Shown: positions 1 through 6,746, numbered from the stretch's first letter. The stretch: 10,251 nucleotides of DNA from Candidatus Aenigmatarchaeota archaeon (GCA_038998625.1 JAWADS010000015.1:1-10251), one strand, 5' to 3'. Notes: generated from the letters alone by a model not told the origin. Translations and numbers: made by a program.

Positions 1-2
1 TT

Positions 3-62
3 GAAGGTATAAGAAAAATACAATCAAAAATTGAGCGTTTGAAAGAATTGATTTTTCTATGA
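3..62 (+). CDS. 3' end of an upstream gene truncated by the window edge (...EGIRKIQSKIERLKELIFL*), unidentified
   Basis: The frame starting at 3 is open to TGA at 60-62 and reads like a protein C-terminus. Only 19 codons are visible, so it may be chance. Confidence 0.4.
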   Translation, partial: EGIRKIQSKIERLKELIFL

Positions 63-98
63 AATTTCTAACGATCTGTTAAATGAATAAATAAAAAA

Positions 99-206
99 AA
101 AGATAAAGAAAGATAAAGAAAGATAAAGAAAGATAAAGAAAGATAAAGAAAGATAAAGAAAGATAAAGAAAGATAAAGAAAGATAAAGAAAGATAAAGAA
201 AGATAA
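99..206. repeat. Perfect tandem repeat, 10-bp unit AGATAAAGAA, about 10.8 copies
   Basis: Ten exact units at 101-200 with partial units at 99-100 and 201-206. On the + strand TAA recurs in every frame every 30 nt, so it is non-coding there. Confidence 0.98.
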
Positions 207-207
207 C

Positions 208-241
208 TATGAACTTTCGTAAAAATTTATGAAATTACACT
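208..241. promoter_or_regulatory. Two copies of an imperfect 14-bp dyad (consensus TATGAA-NN-TTCATA), putative protein-binding sites
   Basis: 208-221 TATGAACTTTCGTA is near-palindromic; 228-241 TATGAAATTACACT keeps the left half. Related copies lie at 58-71, 304-317 and 334-347. Confidence 0.55.
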
Positions 242-243
242 CC

Positions 244-303
244 TTTTTTAACTTTAAAAAATAAAAATTAAATTTTCTATTTAATAATTCAAATTAAATA
301 AAA
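244..303. other. Extremely AT-rich tract, candidate DNA-unwinding element
   Basis: Only 3 C and no G in 60 nt (95% AT), bracketed by oppositely oriented copies of the dyad motif. The function is inferred. Confidence 0.4.
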
Positions 304-357
304 GTTGAAACTTCATAAAAAATCATATTTAAAGTTGAAACTTCATAAAAAATCATA
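301..357. repeat. 27-bp perfect direct repeat AAAGTTGAAACTTCATAAAAAATCATA, 2 copies, 30-bp period
   Basis: Identical copies at 301-327 and 331-357, separated by TTT, immediately upstream of the wHTH gene. Confidence 0.95.
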
Positions 358-375
358 AATAAAAGTGTGTATTGT

Positions 376-624
376 ATGCCTAAAATTGTTGTGACACCAC
401 ATATTGAAAGGGAAATCCTTGAAGTTTTAGATGTGAATATACCTTATACCATTGAACAAATACGGAAAAAACTTAATGAAAAGTTGTATCCGGAATATAA
501 GGGAACAAGAAAAGGAATTTCCTGGAATACAGTTCAGAAGATATTGGAGAGCTTAATAAACAAAAAGCAAGTGGAAACTATAAAAGCCGGGAAGCTAACT
601 CTCTATAAAATCAGAACTCTTTAG
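376..624 (+). CDS. Small winged helix-turn-helix DNA-binding protein (82 aa from ATG 376; alternative GTG 367)
   Basis: Basic protein with helix (EREILEVL), TIEQIRKKL helix, recognition helix SWNTVQKILESL and a terminal beta-hairpin wing (VETIKAGKLTLYKI), which is typical wHTH topology. Confidence 0.75.
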   Translation: MPKIVVTPHIEREILEVLDVNIPYTIEQIRKKLNEKLYPEYKGTRKGISWNTVQKILESLINKKQVETIKAGKLTLYKIRTL

Positions 625-678
625 TTTTATATTAGAAAATTATTTTACCTTTTTCCGCTAATATTGAAACAGAGTTTT

Positions 679-1824
679 ATGGAAAGGTCTGAAATTATAA
701 AAAAATTTTTATCTGAGGGGTTTCAACTAGATAGTAGTGCTTTGAAATTTTTATTGAAAAATGAAGACAAAATAGAAAATATTTTAACTAGATTAAAAGA
801 AAATAAACCGAAAGAATTGGTTTTGTCTTCAGAAATTCTACAAAAGTTTTTAGAAGAAGCTCCAACGAAGATTGATATAATTCCAAGAAATTATTCTACA
901 AAAGAAATGGTTTCTGTAGAAGATATAACAAATTTTTTTGTAAATAGATATTCAAATATATGGAATATTCTTTCAAAAAGGATGGAGCTAGTGAATTTAA
1001 TTTCTATAAACAAAATAACACAAAAAATCGATAAGTTTTCGTTAATTGTAATGATTAGAAAAATCGAAGGAAATAAAATTTTTGTTGAAGATCTTACAGG
1101 GCAATTGAAATTAGAACTTAGGAGCAATCAAAACATACTTCTAACTGAGGATGAAGTTATTGGTGTAGTATGTAAGCGTTTTAATGAAAATTTTTTGGTA
1201 GAGAATGTATATTATCCCGACATTCCATTGAAAAAAGAAGTACTCCATACGACTGAAGATATAAACTGCTTTTTTATTCCCATAGAAAAAATTAATGAAA
1301 AAAAATTAAATGGAGTGGAAAAAGAATTGGAGGAGAAGAATAATTTATTTTTTTTATTTCTAGATTCAAATTCAAATAAAACATTCTACGAAGAAATTAT
1401 CCCATTCTTTCCGAAAGTTAGAACTTTTATAATAAGCGAAGAGAAGATACAAAAAGAAATGGAAGGCTATAATTTTTTGTCAGACCCAGCTTTTGTGAAA
1501 GTTGAAGAATTAGTTTTATTATTAACTAACGGAAAATTTTTAAAATATTATTCTGATGTGTGGAAGATTTCTCTCGATCAAATTGTATTAAATTTAATTA
1601 AAAAAAGACATCTTAATCCATCTTTCAAATTTTCTAAAAAAATTTTTGTTAGCGATCCATTTTTCCTAGATATAGTTCCAGATATAGTTTATGTTAATTA
1701 TCCTAGCATTTTTGCGTCGCTAAATTATAAAGGAACAACAATTCTTGTTAATGGAAATGCGGAAGAATCAGCCATTTGGAAAGTTAACCTTAAAACAAGA
1801 GAAAATATTAAAATATTCTTATAA
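679..1824 (+). CDS. PolD small subunit (DP1) / polymerase B-subunit homologue with inactivated exonuclease (ATG 679; ORF extends to TTG 664)
   Basis: DP1 signatures FFVNRY, VEDLTG, DEVIGV and YYPDIP (OB fold), then LSDPAFV, KKRHLNP, DPFFLDIVPDI and NYKGTTIL. The catalytic motifs SDxH, GDxxD, GNHD, HG and GHxH are all absent. Confidence 0.88.
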   Translation: MERSEIIKKFLSEGFQLDSSALKFLLKNEDKIENILTRLKENKPKELVLSSEILQKFLEEAPTKIDIIPRNYSTKEMVSVEDITNFFVNRYSNIWNILSKRMELVNLISINKITQKIDKFSLIVMIRKIEGNKIFVEDLTGQLKLELRSNQNILLTEDEVIGVVCKRFNENFLVENVYYPDIPLKKEVLHTTEDINCFFIPIEKINEKKLNGVEKELEEKNNLFFLFLDSNSNKTFYEEIIPFFPKVRTFIISEEKIQKEMEGYNFLSDPAFVKVEELVLLLTNGKFLKYYSDVWKISLDQIVLNLIKKRHLNPSFKFSKKIFVSDPFFLDIVPDIVYVNYPSIFASLNYKGTTILVNGNAEESAIWKVNLKTRENIKIFL

Positions 1825-1833
1825 TGATATTTA

Positions 1834-4554
1834 ATGATTATGGATGCCACATTTCAGCTTTTAGATTGCGATTACATTTTAATTAATAATTCTCCTATAA
1901 TACGCCTTTTTGGCAGAACTATTGAGAACAAAAGCATTTGTTTGTTTTATTCTGGCCATTTTCCATATTTTTATGTCTTACCTAAAGATGGAGAAGAGCA
2001 AGAGTTAATAGATTTTTTAAAACAAAAATTTTTAGATCAAATAAAAAATATTGAGTGGACTGAAAAATTTTTACCTATAGGTTATCAGAAGGATAAAACA
2101 AAACTCTTGAAAATAACTTTATTCGACCCATCTAAAACTCCAAAAATTAGAGATGATATTATCCAGTGTGGGTTGGCAAAAGAAGTTTTCGAAGCTGATA
2201 TTTTGTATAAATATCGTTTTATGGCCGATGCCAATCTTTCTGGCATGAAATGGTATAAAGTATTAGGTAAAACTACAACCACAAACTCTGTAAAAACAGA
2301 TATTAAAGTTGAAGTGCGAACTATAGAAGAAGCTGTAGATTATGGTAACAATCTAAAAATTCTAAGCTTGGATATAGAGATGATTCATGACAAAGATGAG
2401 TTTCCAGACCCAAGAAAAAATCCAATAGCAATTATTAGCTTAGTTTTTTATCCAGAATACGAGGGCAAAAAATCCTTAATTCTAATAACAAAACGATTAC
2501 CCCACAACAATGATGTATTATCTTTTAACAGTGAAAAAGAAATGCTCGAAGAATTTATTAGAATTATAAATGATTTTGATCCAGATTTAATAATCGGATA
2601 TAACATAAACAATTTTGATTTACCTTATATACTTCAGCGTCTTACTGTGAACAAGTTGTCAAAGACTATTGGAAGATGCAACACAAAACCAGCAATTTCT
2701 AAAAAACTCCAAACCAGAAATAAAAATAATATTCCAGGAAGAGTTGTTGTAGATGTTTATGAATTGGTGAAAAGGTTGTTGGAAAAAGAAACTCAAATGA
2801 GTCTTTCCTTTTCAAAAGCTAGTAGGTTAAAAAGATATGGATTGGGTGATGTTTCAAAACAACTTTTAGGTGAGGGCAAATTAGAATTGTCACATAGCGA
2901 AATTTCTAAATATTGGTCCGGAGGTTTAGAAGATGTCCAATATCTTATTGATTATGCGAGAAAAGATGCAGAGCTTACCATGCGCCTACTTTTAGAAAAA
3001 AATCTCTTAGATAGGTACATTGAAATAACTAAACTTTCAGGCTTATTGCTACAAGATGTTTTAGATGGGGGAGAATCGATTAGAATTGAAAATATTTTAC
3101 TAAGGGAATTTAATAAAGAAGATTTTGTTATTCCATTAAAGCCATCAAGTTCAGAAAGAATGCGCAGAGAAGAAGAAAGGATAGCAAAAGGTTTTAAAGG
3201 AGCTCTAGTTTTAGAGCCTGCAGTCGGATTGCACACCACGCCTATAGTTTATTTAGATTTTAAATCAATGTATCCATCCATTTTCATCTACTATAACATA
3301 TGTCCAACAACTCTTGTGATAGAAAAATTTGATGGGGAAACGTATAAAACACCGTATGGTGCTGAATTTGTATCTAAAAAAATAAGATTGGGAATAGTAC
3401 CACGTATTGTAGAGCGACTTATAAAAGAGAGAGATGAAGTTAAGAAAATGATGAAACTTACAAAGGATGAGGATGAAAAAAGAAGCCTGGATGCTAAGCA
3501 ATATGCCTTGAAAATATTGCACAATGCATTTTACGGCTATACCGGATACATAAGGGCGAGATTTTACATTTTAGATATAGCTAATGCCATAACTAGCTGT
3601 GGAAGAGATTGGATACAAAGAACAAAAGAAATTGTTGAAAGAGATTCTAAATTTAAAGTGATTTATGGCGACACTGATTCTATAATGGTAAAAGTGCCAA
3701 CTGATAGCATTGAAGAAGCGTTTTTGTTTGGAAGAGAATTAGAGGAGAAGGTTAATAAGGAAATGAGTGGCATGGTTCAAATGAAAATAGAAAATGTATT
3801 TAAAACCTTTTTAATTCTTGCAAAGAAAAGGTATGCAGGCTTAGCAGTAGAAAAAATTGATGGCGAATATAGAGAAACTATTGTAATGAAAGGAATTGAA
3901 ACTGTAAGGAGAGATTGGTGCAATTTGGCCTCCATTACACTTTATGAGATTTTGGATATCTTACTAAAAGAGCAAAATCCAAAAAAGGCAGTGCAGTATA
4001 TTAAAAATGTCATCAACAAACTCGAACAAAATCAAATTCCTATTGAAGATTTGATAATAACAAAAAGTCTTTCAAAATCTTTAAAAGAGTACAAAGGAAT
4101 ACAGCCCCATGTAGAATTAGTAAAGAAAATTAGAAAAAGAAGCCCAACAGCCTCTCCTGGTTTGGGTGATAGGATAGGATATGTGATAGTTCAAGGACCT
4201 CAACTTCTATCAGAACGAGCTGAGGATCCAGAATATGTGAAAGAAAAAGGATTAAAAATCGATTCTCGCTATTACATTGAAAATCAACTATTACCACCTT
4301 TAGAAAGGGTCTTTGAAGCTATTGGAATTTCTAAATCAGAATTGTTAGGAATAGGTAAACAAATGATGCTTTTGGATGCAATTAAAAACAATGCGAAAAA
4401 AACTGAAGGCAAAATTTTAGAATCTTTTGAGGAAATGGTTTGCATTAAGTGTGGCGAAACATTTCATAGAATACCATTGATAGGTAAATGTGATTGTGGA
4501 GGAGAAATTTTATTCAGCTCAAAAAATGAGTTGGCTAGGTTTGTTAAACTATGA
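1834..4554 (+). CDS. polB: Family B DNA polymerase (archaeal, Pol delta-like) with C-terminal Zn finger
   Basis: ExoI SLDIEM, ExoII GYNINNFDLPYI, ExoIII YARKDA; polymerase motifs DFKSMYPS, KILHNAFYGY, YGDTDS, KKRYAG and KGIETVRRDWC; C-terminal CxxC-x12-CxC. Alternative start ATG 1840. Confidence 0.98.
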   Translation: MIMDATFQLLDCDYILINNSPIIRLFGRTIENKSICLFYSGHFPYFYVLPKDGEEQELIDFLKQKFLDQIKNIEWTEKFLPIGYQKDKTKLLKITLFDPSKTPKIRDDIIQCGLAKEVFEADILYKYRFMADANLSGMKWYKVLGKTTTTNSVKTDIKVEVRTIEEAVDYGNNLKILSLDIEMIHDKDEFPDPRKNPIAIISLVFYPEYEGKKSLILITKRLPHNNDVLSFNSEKEMLEEFIRIINDFDPDLIIGYNINNFDLPYILQRLTVNKLSKTIGRCNTKPAISKKLQTRNKNNIPGRVVVDVYELVKRLLEKETQMSLSFSKASRLKRYGLGDVSKQLLGEGKLELSHSEISKYWSGGLEDVQYLIDYARKDAELTMRLLLEKNLLDRYIEITKLSGLLLQDVLDGGESIRIENILLREFNKEDFVIPLKPSSSERMRREEERIAKGFKGALVLEPAVGLHTTPIVYLDFKSMYPSIFIYYNICPTTLVIEKFDGETYKTPYGAEFVSKKIRLGIVPRIVERLIKERDEVKKMMKLTKDEDEKRSLDAKQYALKILHNAFYGYTGYIRARFYILDIANAITSCGRDWIQRTKEIVERDSKFKVIYGDTDSIMVKVPTDSIEEAFLFGRELEEKVNKEMSGMVQMKIENVFKTFLILAKKRYAGLAVEKIDGEYRETIVMKGIETVRRDWCNLASITLYEILDILLKEQNPKKAVQYIKNVINKLEQNQIPIEDLIITKSLSKSLKEYKGIQPHVELVKKIRKRSPTASPGLGDRIGYVIVQGPQLLSERAEDPEYVKEKGLKIDSRYYIENQLLPPLERVFEAIGISKSELLGIGKQMMLLDAIKNNAKKTEGKILESFEEMVCIKCGETFHRIPLIGKCDCGGEILFSSKNELARFVKL

Positions 4555-5063
4555 ATTTGTATGAAATTTTATTAAATTTTGATTTTTTAATCTCCAAAAT
4601 TCTTTTTTTACCATCACCTTATTCAATATATTTTGCTTTGTTTACAGAAACAACTTTTTTCTTTTATTTACTGTTTGCTTATATTTTAATAAAAAGAAAA
4701 AGCTCTAGATGGAAGAAGATGTTTTTTTATGCTTTTTTTGGTTATCTTGTGGTTTTTCTCCTAAAAATAATCTTCAACAGGCCAAGGCCCTATGAAGAAT
4801 TGCAAGTCTTCAGCACAATCCAAAAATTTGAAAAGTCCTTTCCATCTTCCCATGCCTTTCTTTCTGCATTACTTATTAATTTTGTTCCCAATGAAAATTG
4901 GAAAAAATATTTTATTTTTTATACTATTTTAGTTTCCATTTCTTTAATTATTAGTGGAGTTCATTATCTTAGCGATGTTTTAGTTGGCGCTCTTCTAGGT
5001 TTTATTTTTCCAAGATATATTTTACCAGAGAAAAAGTTGGAAAATATAAAAATTTTAAAATGA
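4551..5063 (+). CDS. PAP2-family membrane phosphatase (lipid/polyprenyl-pyrophosphate phosphatase-like)
   Basis: C1 KIIFNRPRP, C2 SFPSSH, C3 SLIISGVHYLSD, several hydrophobic segments; ATGA overlap with the polB stop codon. Confidence 0.9.
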   Translation: MNLYEILLNFDFLISKILFLPSPYSIYFALFTETTFFFYLLFAYILIKRKSSRWKKMFFYAFFGYLVVFLLKIIFNRPRPYEELQVFSTIQKFEKSFPSSHAFLSALLINFVPNENWKKYFIFYTILVSISLIISGVHYLSDVLVGALLGFIFPRYILPEKKLENIKILK

Positions 5064-5075
5064 ATTGAAATGAGT

Positions 5076-6746
5076 TCATTCTAGCTTTTTTATCGTTTCC
5101 AAAATTGATAAATAGGCAGGCCTTGTTATAATAATTCCAATTAAAACACCTATAATTGTTGTTATAGCAAATCCCCTCAAGACACCAACACCTAGGAAAA
5201 TTAAAGGAACCATAGCCATAATTACGGTATACGCGGAATTTAAAATTATACTAATAGCAGTTTTATGCCTTTGTTTTAAAGAAATTTCTTTCTCCAAAAG
5301 CAATTGATCAGTTAAAATTATTAATTGATTTACTCCCGTTCCTATTATTGCAATTAATCCAGCTATAGCTGGAATATCCAAAACCCATCCTTTACCATTA
5401 CTTAAAACATTTGTTAAAGCAGCAAACCCAAGAATTATAACAATTTCGCTAAAGCTAATCAATATCATCGGAATGGAAACTTTGAAATCTCTATATCTTA
5501 TGAAAATTACTGCGCTTACTGAAGTTGCTGCAGCGATCGCAACAAAAATTATGGAATTTATTAATTCTTTTCCGGCAGTTTGTGTTATAGTATCAACTTT
5601 AACAATTTCTAATTCTATTGGCAAACTCCCGGATCTTAAAATTGATTGTAACCTTAATTTTTCTTGTAGTGCTTCTTCTCTGGTTTGTCTAAATCCTTGA
5701 ATAGATGGTGTGCTTACAGTTTTACCAGCTAAATCCGCAGCTATGTTTAATTGCGATACTGGCTCACCATCTAAGAATAGAATCAAAGGTGAAGTTAGAT
5801 ATCTTTCATTTCCTATAAATGTGGATGGAAGGTTTTTGGTTATTTTAGCAAATCTTTCTGCACTTTCCTTACTTATTTGCACTGCAAAAGCAAATTCATA
5901 GCCATTATTTACAAATCTTACATAGCTATGCTGAGGATCTATAAACACTGCTGTTATATCTTTTCCAGTAAACACATTTGCTAACAAAACAATGCTGTCA
6001 TCACTTTTATTTACAAATTCAAATTTTACATCTTCTATATAGAAGCTTTCGTTGATTTTATATTTACCATCATTTACTTCTAAAATTCCATCTACATATT
6101 TAACTTTATAAGAATTATCCCCCAAAACAATATTACCAACCCCATCAGAAAGTTTTATACTTTCTAAAATTTTTCCTTCGAATTTACCTTGTTTAGCTAG
6201 AAAATCTTTTATTTCTTCACTGCTTGCTCCGGCCATTTCTATTTGAATTAAATTTTCTCCTAAGTGAGCAATTCTTATTTCCCTCAATCCATACAAATTA
6301 ATTCTTGTTTCTAAAGTGGCAATGGTTTCTTGCATTTCTTCTTTAGTTGCCATAGTTTTTGGTTTAAGCAAAAATCTTGTTCCCCCCTCAATGTCAATTC
6401 CAAATTTTAGGTTACTATCCCTTTCCACAATTTTTACATTAAAACCAAGATTTTTATCATCCTTAGCAATGCAATTGGCAGGTTCACCATCAACTACTAA
6501 ACTTGCAAAATCTCCACGCTTAATATTGGCCAAGGCTTTATCAAAATCTTCTAAATTTTTTATTTCATTTCCCGAAATCTGAGTTATTTGACTTCCTTCT
6601 TTAACATTTACACATTTGGCATCCCTATCCAAATACGCCACAACAACTTTTGTTTGTTTGAAAATGATATTTGGTAATAATAAATATGCTGATAAGAGTA
6701 GCAAGAACACTAAAAAAATAAATCTCCAATCTTTTAATAGCTTCAT
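5076..6746 (-). CDS. secD: Protein translocase subunit SecD (archaeal type, with PDZ-like insert)
   Basis: N-terminal TM, FGIDIEGG motif, RINLYGL, large extracytoplasmic domain, LRSGSLPI, five C-terminal TMs including LRGFAITTIIGVLIGIIITRPAY. Confidence 0.95.
   Translation of the reverse strand: MKLLKDWRFIFLVFLLLLSAYLLLPNIIFKQTKVVVAYLDRDAKCVNVKEGSQITQISGNEIKNLEDFDKALANIKRGDFASLVVDGEPANCIAKDDKNLGFNVKIVERDSNLKFGIDIEGGTRFLLKPKTMATKEEMQETIATLETRINLYGLREIRIAHLGENLIQIEMAGASSEEIKDFLAKQGKFEGKILESIKLSDGVGNIVLGDNSYKVKYVDGILEVNDGKYKINESFYIEDVKFEFVNKSDDSIVLLANVFTGKDITAVFIDPQHSYVRFVNNGYEFAFAVQISKESAERFAKITKNLPSTFIGNERYLTSPLILFLDGEPVSQLNIAADLAGKTVSTPSIQGFRQTREEALQEKLRLQSILRSGSLPIELEIVKVDTITQTAGKELINSIIFVAIAAATSVSAVIFIRYRDFKVSIPMILISFSEIVIILGFAALTNVLSNGKGWVLDIPAIAGLIAIIGTGVNQLIILTDQLLLEKEISLKQRHKTAISIILNSAYTVIMAMVPLIFLGVGVLRGFAITTIIGVLIGIIITRPAYLSILETIKKLE

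Noticed and set aside
3..62. Calling the upstream gene cdc6/orc1
   Set aside because: The 19 visible residues contain no diagnostic motif.
99..206. Tandem array as coding sequence or H-DNA
   Set aside because: Every + frame hits TAA. The - strand is stop-free across the array, but the nearest upstream ATG/GTG starts checked (326, 316, 240) terminate before reaching it. The unit is not a perfect mirror repeat and contains a T.
301..357. CRISPR mini-array, because the repeat contains GTTGAAAC like CRISPR repeat ends
   Set aside because: Only two copies 3 bp apart, with no spacer-length unique sequence and no cas genes in the window.
891..3524. Minus-strand ORFs 891-1127, 2085-2282, 2952-3239, 3265-3522 and 3291-3524
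   Set aside because: Short antisense shadows of the DP1-like and polB genes with no recognisable motifs.
1834..4554. Intein, split or inactivated PolB, or a protein-primed/casposon/viral polymerase
   Set aside because: All exonuclease and polymerase motifs are intact and normally spaced. No intein termini, integrase, cas1, capsid gene or terminal repeats are visible, and the neighbours are housekeeping genes.
5064..5075. Bidirectional terminator between the convergent PAP2 and secD genes
   Set aside because: The gap is only 12 bp, with no convincing hairpin or T-tract.
5473..6582. Plus-strand ORFs 5473-5700, 5710-5901 and 6316-6582
   Set aside because: Antisense shadows of secD with no independent support.
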